From: an uncultured archaeon
GTDB lineage: Archaea > Asgardarchaeota > Thorarchaeia > Thorarchaeales > Thorarchaeaceae
Assembly: GCA_964631415.1 (NCBI GenBank)
Contig: CAZVZC010000015.1
Location: 1 to 39,757 of the forward strand
DNA length: 39,757 nucleotides
Reading direction: 5' to 3'
This document shows positions 28,657 to 37,415 of this stretch, piece by piece (position 1 is the stretch's first letter; each line of letters begins with the position of its first letter). A program made the position numbers and the translations under genes. Below the pieces are notes generated by a model. It did not search any database. It saw nothing but the letters and a program-made list of their open reading frames with translations, and had not been told where the DNA came from.

Positions 28657-29892
28657 ATGGCACGCGAACACGAAATGTCAGGATCAGACGATGACAGGCT
28701 GGACTTGGGACTTAAGGCTCTCCTGGAGAAGGCCATTGACCTTGATGACAGAGGCATGAAGAAGGAGGCCTGCCAATACTACCTCAAGGCCAGCAAGATC
28801 CTCATCAAGCTCTCCAATTCGACCTCACTGCCATCACTCCGCAAGCACTACTTTGACCGAGCTCAGGAGTGTGTGGACCGCGTGAAGCGCATCTCTGGAG
28901 CAAAGGGAGTCGCTGGTCCACCAGACAGTCTCGGAAGACTGGTGACACAACCAAGAGAGAAAACCGTGGCACGGTCGGCATCAGAGGAAACCGGGGAAGT
29001 CGACGAGGACACAAAGAGGCTTCGTGAGATGACTGCGGACACCATCATAACTGAACGGCCCGATGTCAAGATGTCGGAAGTCGCGGGGCTAGAGGAGGCC
29101 AAGCAGGCAATCCAAGAGGCTGTGGTCGCCCCGATGAAACACCCGGAGCTGTTCAAGGGAAAGGCAAGACAGCCATGGAGGGGGATCCTGTTCTATGGAC
29201 CAGCAGGCTGTGGTAAGACTCTCATAGCAAAGGCTGTTGCCTCCGAGGTGAATGCGACTTTCTTCAACGTGTCAGCTGGGAACATAGTGAGCAAGTGGTT
29301 GGGAGAGTCTGAGAAGCTTGTCATGACACTGTTCGAGATGGCAAGGAAGAATCAACCATCGATCATCTTCGTGGACGAACTTGACTCTGTGGGTGTTTCC
29401 AGATCCGATCACGATGTTGGAGGCGAGCGACGACTCAAGACCCAACTGCTGACTGAGCTTCAGGGAGTGGCCAGCGACCCGAAGGAACGAGTCACAGTCA
29501 TTGGTGCCACCAACCTACCATGGCAACTTGATTTTGCCCTTAGGTCTAGGTTTGAGAAGAGGATCCACATTCCCCTCCCGGGAAAGGCATCACGACGAAC
29601 GGTGTTTGAGCTGCATATGGAGGATGTGGAGGTCTCCCACGATGTTGACTTCGACGAACTCGCAGACCTGACACAGGGCTACAGTGGTCGGGACATCAGC
29701 ATTGTGTGCAGGGAAGCAGCCATGGAGCCTATTAGAGATCTCCAGAGCACTGGAGAAATGGACCGCGATGGCCCGATTGAAAACCTCCGACCCGTTTCAA
29801 GACAGGATTTCCTCCGAGCCGTTGACAGCATCGGACCCGGTACCTCTCCCGAGGATGTGAAGAAGTATGTCGATTGGGCGGAGGCAACATAG
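28657..29892 (+). CDS. vps4: Vps4 AAA+ ATPase with N-terminal MIT domain
   Basis: MIT (LLEKAIDLD..G...EAC.YY.KA...Y.DRA); GPAGCGKT, SKWLGESEK pore loop, IIFVDELDS, RRLKTQLL, ATNLPW.LD.ALR.RFEKR. Confidence 0.93.
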   Translation: MAREHEMSGSDDDRLDLGLKALLEKAIDLDDRGMKKEACQYYLKASKILIKLSNSTSLPSLRKHYFDRAQECVDRVKRISGAKGVAGPPDSLGRLVTQPREKTVARSASEETGEVDEDTKRLREMTADTIITERPDVKMSEVAGLEEAKQAIQEAVVAPMKHPELFKGKARQPWRGILFYGPAGCGKTLIAKAVASEVNATFFNVSAGNIVSKWLGESEKLVMTLFEMARKNQPSIIFVDELDSVGVSRSDHDVGGERRLKTQLLTELQGVASDPKERVTVIGATNLPWQLDFALRSRFEKRIHIPLPGKASRRTVFELHMEDVEVSHDVDFDELADLTQGYSGRDISIVCREAAMEPIRDLQSTGEMDRDGPIENLRPVSRQDFLRAVDSIGPGTSPEDVKKYVDWAEAT

Positions 29893-29895
29893 TCC

Positions 29896-30624
29896 GTGAG
29901 TGTGAAGGAACGACGAAGGCAGAAGGAGCGACCCAAGGCTCGAAGTGAGTCCAAGTTTCAGGAAGGTTCAGTGGACACTGAAGCAAACATCGAAAGCGTC
30001 GTCACCTCCGAACAGATCGAAACACCTCTAGAAACGCTCGAAGCAACTCCAGTTGTTGAGTCTGAGCCGCAGGTCTCGGAGCCAATCACCGAGGCAACTG
30101 CAGAGGCTCTCGTGCCACAGGTCCTTCTGCCGCGCTGGGGTGACAACAGAGAGTCACAATGGATGTACCAGATTCCTCCCAGAGATGAGGACAGAAACAT
30201 GTGGATGGATGAATGGGCCGACTTCGTGATCCAGTGGACCCAGTCAGAAGGCCTGCACGTCCTCTCTGTTTCAGCCTTCATCAAGGAACCACCTTTCAGA
30301 GACATGCTTGGAAAAGTGGAAGCTTTCAGACTGATTGGAAACACGCTGGTCGAGAAGGGAGTTGCGGAATGGCTTGATGACAAGAAGCGCCAACTCCGAG
30401 TATACTGGAGACCCCTTGAGGAATGGGCCGACATGATATATGGGTGGGCTATTGAAACGGGCAATCTACACCTCGATGTCAAGTCCATAATCATACAGGA
30501 AGCGGGCAAGGAGTTTGCCACTCTCCCTGAGAAAGACCTGCATCAAGTAATGGAGATGCTTGTCGACAGAAGGGTGGCAGAATGGGTGGATAGGAAGAAG
30601 GGGGCAATACTAATCCGAGTGTGA
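29896..30624 (+). CDS. vps25: ESCRT-II subunit Vps25 homolog with acidic N-terminal extension
   Basis: W...WADFV..W, PF, LVEKG.AEW....LRVYWRPLEEWADMIY.W, EF..L....L...L.....AE tandem winged helices; directly downstream of vps4. Confidence 0.85.
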   Translation: MSVKERRRQKERPKARSESKFQEGSVDTEANIESVVTSEQIETPLETLEATPVVESEPQVSEPITEATAEALVPQVLLPRWGDNRESQWMYQIPPRDEDRNMWMDEWADFVIQWTQSEGLHVLSVSAFIKEPPFRDMLGKVEAFRLIGNTLVEKGVAEWLDDKKRQLRVYWRPLEEWADMIYGWAIETGNLHLDVKSIIIQEAGKEFATLPEKDLHQVMEMLVDRRVAEWVDRKKGAILIRV

Positions 30625-30629
30625 TTCGC

Positions 30630-31367
30630 CTATACCGAGCCGTCCCTGCCTCGAAGTCCCGGGAAGTAATATCGTCCCCCGGTCGAGAAACGGATGTCAG
30701 CGACAGCCATGCCTGAGTCAACTAGGCTAGACAGGACTTGGCGCGCGTGATCCTCAGACCACTTCAGCTGTATCATGAGTTCCTCTATCGAAACTTGCCC
30801 CTTTGTAGCGGCTATGTTGATGACGTCAGCTTGGTCTCTGCGCAGCTCAAGCGGACGCAGCTCGACAACCTTTACCCCGCCCCTCAGTGTTCTGATGCCA
30901 GGGATGAGACCATGTTCTGCAACACGGTTCACGGCCTCAATCACGTCGTTGTAGCTCACGGACTTGAGTTCTGGGAGAAGGCGCACTACTTCGACTATGA
31001 GTTCCGCCAGTCCCATGAGGCCCTTAGATGCATTTGCCGTCGCAACATCAAGCACGGCCAACCCGATATGGTCGTAGTATTCCTCGGTCGTCATGCCCTC
31101 AATCGAAGCCATTCCACTCTTGCCGTGAAGGCCCAGCATAACCGACGCGTCCGGGAATGACTCAAGCACTCTCTCTTGGTCGATGAAGTTGACAGGATCG
31201 ATGCCCATGCGTCGCAGGTCTTCGATACCGCCCTTGACCTCTGCAAGAAGCGCATCTGATTCCCTCTGATATGACCGTACGTCGACGGCGCCCATGTCGT
31301 ACATTTTCTTGAGCTGGTCCAGCGTCGCAATCGACGCATAGAGCTCGGATTGGAGTCGCTCACTCAT
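30630..31367 (-). CDS. Fusion of Vps28 N-terminal (ESCRT-I) domain and EAP30/Vps22-36 (ESCRT-II) winged helices
   Basis: N-terminus SELYASIATLDQLKKMY..G.V....Y....LL; C-terminus YYDHIGLAVLDV...GLMGLAEL...VSYNDVIEAV...PLELRRDQ..VI..A...G.VS...L.WS..ARQVL..LV..G....D...YYFP. Confidence 0.82.
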   Translation of the reverse strand: MSERLQSELYASIATLDQLKKMYDMGAVDVRSYQRESDALLAEVKGGIEDLRRMGIDPVNFIDQERVLESFPDASVMLGLHGKSGMASIEGMTTEEYYDHIGLAVLDVATANASKGLMGLAELIVEVVRLLPELKSVSYNDVIEAVNRVAEHGLIPGIRTLRGGVKVVELRPLELRRDQADVINIAATKGQVSIEELMIQLKWSEDHARQVLSSLVDSGMAVADIRFSTGGRYYFPGLRGRDGSV

Positions 31368-31464
31368 CGGCTCGAATCCCTTCCTTTTCTCAGTCTATCT
31401 ACTACTGATTCACTATGAGTCCACACTGCTGATGCTTTAAGTGAGAGTATTATTGGGTCGGGTA

Positions 31465-32841
31465 CTACGGTGTCAGTCTATCGCGGTCTCTTGGGAACAG
31501 AGTCGCTTCTCTGATGTTGTCAATTCCCAGCACCTGCATTGTCAGGCGTTCGACACCCAGACCGAGTCCTCCGTGAGGAGGTGCACCGTACCTGAATGGG
31601 TCGATGTAGAAACTGAAGTTGTCTGGATTGAACCCCTTTGCCTTGAAACGCTCCACGAGAAGGTCGTGGAGGTGTATGCGCTGGCCGCCAGTTGTGATTT
31701 CCATGCCCTTGTACAAGAGATCGAAACTCTCTGTCATTCCTTCATCTGTCAGACTTGGCATAGTGTAGGCCGGTCGCAGCTCAAGAGGATAGTGGGTCAC
31801 GAACACCATGTCAGTTCCATACTTCGTGGGGAAGACCTCTCCCAGAATGTGCTCGCAGTCCGGGTCGAGGTCGTCGGTGTATGACAACTGCTTCCCTGTT
31901 TCGTTGACTATGTCAATGGCCTCTTTGTACTTCACTCTCTTGAACGGTACCTTTGGGATCTTCAGATCGATTCCGAGTAGATCAAGCTCAGCGGCGGCCT
32001 CCTTGGCAGTCTTCTCAAGGGAGTGGTGCAGCATCTTCTCCTCCATGCTCATCACATCCTCAACATCGCTGATCCACGCCATCTCGAAGTCAAACGAAGT
32101 ATACTCGTTGACGTGACGGCGGGTGTTGTGTTTCTCGGCACGGAACACAGGGGCGATTTCAAAGACTCTGCCGAACCCGGCCAGGAGCATCAGCTGCTTG
32201 TAGAACTGCGGGCTCTGTGCAAGGTAGGCCTTTCTATCGAAGTACTTGACCTCGAAGAGATTCGCGCCACCTTCTGTGGCTTCCGCTACGATCTTTGGTG
32301 TGTGTATCTCGACAAAATCGTTCTTCTCAAGAAACTCACGCGCATGCTTCACGAGGCAATGTTGCACTCTGAATACTGCATTCACCTTGGGTTTGCGAAG
32401 GTCCAGAACACGGTGGTTGAGCCGGGTTTCGAGGTCTATGTCAGCTTTGCCTTCCACGATGTCGATTGGCAGTCGTTCAGCAGTGTTGATGAGGCGAATC
32501 TTGCTGGGTATGACTTCCACTCCGCGTTCGACCTGATCTGCGACGACCACTGTTCCACGAACAATCACTGCCGATTCTGGCTTGAGCTGGCCAGACAGTT
32601 CGAACACATCTGAGGGGACCTTCGCCTGGGGTATTGTCACCTGAACCGTGCCACGCTCGTCCCTCAGGATCAGAAACTTGATCCTTCCCTTGTCACGGAG
32701 GATATGGACCCATCCGATCAGCGTCACTTCCTTGCCAGCAGTCTTTGGGGTCACTTCGCTTGTGAAATGAGAACGCCTATCCTTGCCAATGCGCTCGACA
32801 CCAGCCTTGGCGTAGAAGTCTTGGTCATCTCGATCACTCAT
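31465..32841 (-). CDS. aspS: Aspartate--tRNA ligase (archaeal/eukaryote-like type)
   Basis: OB fold GWVH..RD.G.IKF..LRD; ATEGGANLF, AYLAQSPQFYKQ, FRAEK, GGQRIH, PPHGG.GLGVER. Confidence 0.95.
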   Translation of the reverse strand: MSDRDDQDFYAKAGVERIGKDRRSHFTSEVTPKTAGKEVTLIGWVHILRDKGRIKFLILRDERGTVQVTIPQAKVPSDVFELSGQLKPESAVIVRGTVVVADQVERGVEVIPSKIRLINTAERLPIDIVEGKADIDLETRLNHRVLDLRKPKVNAVFRVQHCLVKHAREFLEKNDFVEIHTPKIVAEATEGGANLFEVKYFDRKAYLAQSPQFYKQLMLLAGFGRVFEIAPVFRAEKHNTRRHVNEYTSFDFEMAWISDVEDVMSMEEKMLHHSLEKTAKEAAAELDLLGIDLKIPKVPFKRVKYKEAIDIVNETGKQLSYTDDLDPDCEHILGEVFPTKYGTDMVFVTHYPLELRPAYTMPSLTDEGMTESFDLLYKGMEITTGGQRIHLHDLLVERFKAKGFNPDNFSFYIDPFRYGAPPHGGLGLGVERLTMQVLGIDNIREATLFPRDRDRLTP

Positions 32842-33052
32842 TTCTCATCAACCAACCGTGTATGAGGACTCAATGCTGAACGCCGACGAATGTCGCTCTA
32901 CTCTGCCGCAATGCCACTTCTTGGACACATTAAGAGGCTTTTGGATGTGAAAACAGGGCAAGTCGAGTTGCAGAGGAAAAAGCCGGGAAACACTGCAGAC
33001 GATGCTGCAGCGTTCCCATATCGTCTGACATCATGCGGATGTATTGGTGAAA

Positions 33053-33265
33053 TCACATCGGCGCCGACACAAGCACGTAGACCCTCTCTCTCGCATCGTC
33101 GCTGTGCTCCTCTTCTTGGATGAGACCTAAGGCCCTAAGCCGACTGACACCGTAGCTGACTGTTCTTGGTGGCAGATAGCTCAGCGTGATCAGGTCTTGC
33201 CGGGACAAACGGCGCCTGTCCTTAAGGAGCACGTAGACGAACTTCGCAGAGGGAGGCAACGACAA
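33053..33265 (-). CDS. Small winged-helix transcriptional regulator (MarR/Lrs14-like)
   Basis: LPPSAKFVY.LL...LSRQDL...LPPRTVSYG...L...GLI...DARERVY, a common archaeal family pattern. Start uncertain. Confidence 0.8.
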   Translation of the reverse strand: MSLPPSAKFVYVLLKDRRRLSRQDLITLSYLPPRTVSYGVSRLRALGLIQEEEHSDDARERVYVLVSAPM

Positions 33266-33388
33266 GAACGACTGCCGCGCAAACGCGATTCCCCCATTGG
33301 GTCATTGCCATGTACTGCTACCTCCTGAGTTGTCTTGTGGTTCGAACCAGAATCCATCCAAATAAGGATTGGCATAATCGAAATGCGG

Positions 33389-34765
33389 CTATTCCTTCTT
33401 CAGAATGAGTATCCACTCCCCCGACATGCGCTCCTTTCTTGGTATGTGAATGAAGTGCCTGATGAGCCCTGAGAAAAATCTCTTCTCGAGTTTGAGGCCA
33501 ACCTCGTCAGAAACGGCAATCTCGGAGAGAATGTCCTGGGATCCTATCTTCACCCCACGGATGGTGTTGTTGCCAATCGCCACGCAATAGTGGCCGCCCG
33601 GTTTCAGAACTCTCAGTGTTTCACGGAACTGCTCCTTCATGTCCATGAAGAACCTGTATGTGATATAGGACCGACGGGGGTCGACTTTGTGAATCTTCTT
33701 CAGTAATGGATCAAGCGTTACAAAGCCAGACTGTCGGAGATCCGCATACTCCTCCTTGTAGACAGTTTCAGTGCCTATGTAATGCCGCTTCACATCAGAT
33801 AGTGGTCCCTTAGTCATGAGACCCAGCCAGTACATCTCGAGTTGGTGGGTGCGTGGATAGTCGACTGCGTTGATGTAGGGAGGCGATGTGACCGCGAGGT
33901 CGATTGTCTCATCTCCAAGACCGGTCCTAGTCGCAGTTCCTTCACACACTTTGGCAGCCGGAAGACCCTCTGTCTGGCAAACACGTGAGAATTCCACCAT
34001 TGCACCAGTCTGTCTGGAGAGGGCTGAGATGAAACGACTCACAGCCATGCCCTCAGCAACTTCCTTGTGAAGTCGCTTTCTAACAACTGTGCGTGTGCAG
34101 TGAGAGTCGGCGTTCGAAACCTCCCTTATTATTGAGGAGAAGACCACTCTCAAGAAGTCATGGATGTTTTCTCGTTCCTCAGAGTAGCCGCCTTCAATAG
34201 CTCGTGTCTTTCGAGCCATGTCAATTGCTTCTCTTATGATTCCGAGCTCACGCAGAACATAAGGTTCAAACCAGCAGTCTCTATACGGAAAGCCCGGGAC
34301 TTGAGGCTCATGCGACCGATCCTCCGACATCCCCCGGACTCGTTCGACCACCCAGAGCTTCGTTCGTTCTAGCAGACCACAGTCGAGTGGAGTCGTCTTC
34401 ACCTTTGTCAATAAGCGCGCTACCGGATCGATGTCTATCCCGATACCGAGCCGGCGGTTCAACATCGCCTCTAGGACTGTAGTACCGCTGCCGCACATGG
34501 GGTCCAAAACAGTTGCGTCGACTTGAGAGTACATCCGGATCAAGTAACGAGGAAGTTCTGGAAAGAACTTTGCAGGAAACTTGTGTATCCCGTGGGTCAG
34601 GTATGTCTGGTCTTTGCTGATGACTAGGATATGAGAACCGTCTGGAATGTCAAAGCCAGCAGGAATGTCCCCCTTTATCTCTGTGACACCATTGACATCC
34701 CGATTGCCAAGACCGGCGGCGGATTGCTCTAAGATGTCTTGGTTCCGAGATGAAACAGTGTCCAT
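33389..34765 (-). CDS. DNA N4-cytosine/N6-adenine methyltransferase (SPPY, probably m4C), no adjacent endonuclease
   Basis: THGIHKFPAKF, motif I DPMCGSGT before motif IV VTSPPY, LKPGG. Confidence 0.85.
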   Translation of the reverse strand: MDTVSSRNQDILEQSAAGLGNRDVNGVTEIKGDIPAGFDIPDGSHILVISKDQTYLTHGIHKFPAKFFPELPRYLIRMYSQVDATVLDPMCGSGTTVLEAMLNRRLGIGIDIDPVARLLTKVKTTPLDCGLLERTKLWVVERVRGMSEDRSHEPQVPGFPYRDCWFEPYVLRELGIIREAIDMARKTRAIEGGYSEERENIHDFLRVVFSSIIREVSNADSHCTRTVVRKRLHKEVAEGMAVSRFISALSRQTGAMVEFSRVCQTEGLPAAKVCEGTATRTGLGDETIDLAVTSPPYINAVDYPRTHQLEMYWLGLMTKGPLSDVKRHYIGTETVYKEEYADLRQSGFVTLDPLLKKIHKVDPRRSYITYRFFMDMKEQFRETLRVLKPGGHYCVAIGNNTIRGVKIGSQDILSEIAVSDEVGLKLEKRFFSGLIRHFIHIPRKERMSGEWILILKKE

Positions 34766-34905
34766 TGAGGGTCCCTTGTATTCTTTTTCAGTGGCTCTTA
34801 TTACTTTCAGGGTCAGAGAGAGCGAATGGCCGTAACTGCATTGTCGCCCGAGCGGCGATTGGCTGATGAGATCGAGTGGACATCCTCATCGCATGTGTCA
34901 GCACA

Positions 34906-36270
34906 TCATACACCTAGGGAACCTGCGATGGCCTTGTCAAACCTGTCGACAGCATCGTCAATGTTTGCCTTTGTTATCACGTAGCTTGGGGTGAACCTGA
35001 TGCAGTTCTGGCCAGCGCTGAGGATCCAGAGCTTCTGCTTCTGGACGGCGTTCTTTACAACACGTTCTCTGAGTTCGCGGGCCTTCTCCTTCGACTTCTT
35101 GTTCTTCACGAACTCGACACCGACCATTAGGCCGATTCCCCGGACATCACCCACAACCTCGTACTTGTCCTCTAACTCACCGAGCCGCTTCATCAGGTAG
35201 GCACCATTATCGGCGTTCTTCTTCAGAAAACCCCCGTCCTCCATGTGCTTGATGACCCACAGAGCCAATAGCGACAGCTTCGGCTCGGCTGAGAATGTTT
35301 CCGAGTGACGAGATGCTGCAGTAAACATTGGCACGGGTCCAATGGACGCGCCCATGGGATAACCTCCTCCCAGTGCCTTTGCTATCGATACGAAATCTGG
35401 AACAACACCATGGTTCTCGACAGCACACCATTTACCAGTCCTGCCCATGCCCGCTTGAACCTCGTCAGACATGAAATAGGCGCCAAACTCCTTGGTTACT
35501 TCATACATGCCTTTGACTGCTTTAGCAGGAGGTACAATCAGACCACCCTCACCACAGATCGGTTCCATCACGGTAGCTGCAATATCGTCACCCTCGACCT
35601 GAAGTGCATACCTGAGAGCCTCCACGCACTGGACATTGCAGCTCTCGGCCTGCTGGCCATATGGACAACGATAGCAGTACGGGTAGGGAACACGCGTCAC
35701 ATCGACGCCCTGTGGGAATCCTGACTTGTGCCGAGAGTTGGAGGCTGTGAGTGCCAGCGCATAGCCAGTCCGACCATGAAATGCAGGTCTGAAGGCCACG
35801 AACCTTCGTTTGCCAGAAACGTCCATTGCTGACTTCATGCATCCCTCGACAGCACGAGCCCCAGAGGTGGTAAAGACTACGCGCTTCCTATGTGTTCCAG
35901 GGGTGAGTCTCGCCACCCTTTCGGCGAGCAGAGTCTGTGGAATGGCATCGAAGTCCTGTCCCGGCATCTCTGTCACAACATCGGCAATGCTGGCCTCAAA
36001 GTCGAGAAAGGGTTTGTATCTCAGTCCAAATGCGCGAACTGCTACGCCACCTGTGACGTCCAGATACTCGGTGCCTTCTACATCGTAGATCCTCAATCCG
36101 TCGCCTCGAGTATGGTCCAGACATCCGTAGACGTCCCGATCCTGCGTGGTGATGGCAAGGGCTTCTGCCGCCCTCTTCTTCCAGTAGTCGTTCGTCATAG
36201 TCTTCGGGCCGATGTCTGGGAACCCGAGGTCCTTGAGAATCTGAATGTACTTCTCGTCCATTGGTTCCAT
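34906..36270 (-). CDS. Class III PLP-dependent aminotransferase
   Basis: DVEG.EYLD, AFHGRT, EPICGEGG, DEVQAGMGRTG, AKALGGG, DVRGIGLMVGVE. Confidence 0.92.
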   Translation of the reverse strand: MEPMDEKYIQILKDLGFPDIGPKTMTNDYWKKRAAEALAITTQDRDVYGCLDHTRGDGLRIYDVEGTEYLDVTGGVAVRAFGLRYKPFLDFEASIADVVTEMPGQDFDAIPQTLLAERVARLTPGTHRKRVVFTTSGARAVEGCMKSAMDVSGKRRFVAFRPAFHGRTGYALALTASNSRHKSGFPQGVDVTRVPYPYCYRCPYGQQAESCNVQCVEALRYALQVEGDDIAATVMEPICGEGGLIVPPAKAVKGMYEVTKEFGAYFMSDEVQAGMGRTGKWCAVENHGVVPDFVSIAKALGGGYPMGASIGPVPMFTAASRHSETFSAEPKLSLLALWVIKHMEDGGFLKKNADNGAYLMKRLGELEDKYEVVGDVRGIGLMVGVEFVKNKKSKEKARELRERVVKNAVQKQKLWILSAGQNCIRFTPSYVITKANIDDAVDRFDKAIAGSLGV

Positions 36271-36449
36271 CTCCGTGATTCGGGCAAGCTGAGCGCATAC
36301 ATTAACCCGTTATCTAACTTACGATGCTGCTCGCAAGCAGAAACGAGTGTGTATAATAGCGTGAGTAAGCGAGAAAAAGAGTGTGCGGCAGGCTCAATCA
36401 GCAAGCCTGCCGAACATTGTGTTCTTTACTACTTCTGATTTCTGAATCT

Positions 36450-36785
36450 CTAGAGCAGCAGGAGGATAGCACCAATGATGACAAGGACAGCGCCCAAGTC
36501 GCCGCCGAAGAGGTACATCAGAATCCCCAGAACGAGATACACAAGCCAGTTGTTCCCAAACTTCAGGGTATGAACCTGGACTGCTCCGTTGGTAGCGAGA
36601 ACGGCTAGCGAAATCACTATCAGTATTATACCTGTGATTAGGCCGCCCAAGCCCCAGCCGAAACCAGGAAGGAAGCTCCAGCCCATGCCCAGAATCATTA
36701 GGATTCCCAGCAAGAGTCCCAATATGCCACCCACAAGAATCAGAACGTTCCCGATTTTGCCCACGTCAGACTTACCCTTTGGCAT
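36450..36785 (-). CDS. Small Gly-rich 4-TM membrane protein
   Basis: Four hydrophobic segments; GAGGTG RBS upstream. Confidence 0.75.
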   Translation of the reverse strand: MPKGKSDVGKIGNVLILVGGILGLLLGILMILGMGWSFLPGFGWGLGGLITGIILIVISLAVLATNGAVQVHTLKFGNNWLVYLVLGILMYLFGGDLGAVLVIIGAILLLL

Positions 36786-36802
36786 CGAATCTGCACCTCA
36801 TT

Positions 36803-37171
36803 CTACTTCTTGAAGATCAACAACAGGCCCGCAAGCAATATCATGAAACCAGCCAACATACCAATGTTCGTCAGCCAGCTCAGTATGTCAAAGGTAAGGC
36901 CTCTTGCGATCAACACTATGGCGATGAAACCTAGGAGTGCAAGCAGTGCTCCGCTTCGTCCAATCTTGAAGTGAGTATAGCCGGACGCGTCGAACGAGAG
37001 AGCGACAACAACAATCAGTGCAATCGCAAGAACTATGTTCAAGGCGCCTTCAAAGCCGCCGCCCGATAGTTCGGTCAGTCCCTGCCTGAGCATGTTGATG
37101 GCAAACACCAACAACACGATACCGCCCAGAATCGTGTAACCCTGCGCGGCACCTTCTGCTCTGCAACCCAT
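36803..37171 (-). CDS. Small 4-TM membrane protein, probable paralog of the downstream gene
   Basis: Four hydrophobic segments with similar Gly patterns; 17-nt gap to the next gene. Confidence 0.7.
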   Translation of the reverse strand: MGCRAEGAAQGYTILGGIVLLVFAINMLRQGLTELSGGGFEGALNIVLAIALIVVVALSFDASGYTHFKIGRSGALLALLGFIAIVLIARGLTFDILSWLTNIGMLAGFMILLAGLLLIFKK

Positions 37172-37415
37172 AGCGTGTCATCCCCGATAGAGGACGAGTC
37201 ATAGTGGAAAAGTCGACGCCCTCTGTCTGGCTGTCGGGGTGTTTGTGTGCAGTAATATGTCTATCGGAGAACAGAGAAAATGGCATCGTCGTAGTTGCAT
37301 GAACGGCGCCCTAGCACGCATTGTCATGGAGAATAGGTCGCTGTAGGTAATACACAGTGTTGTATTCGTGTGAAACCGAGTAAGGAGCAGATAATGTACA
37401 CTGAGGTGGCCGCCC

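Noticed and set aside
34863-34890. CTGATGAG hammerhead-like core in the intergenic region
   Set aside because: No GAAA or properly placed stems follow; only a GATGAG/CTCATC hairpin is present.
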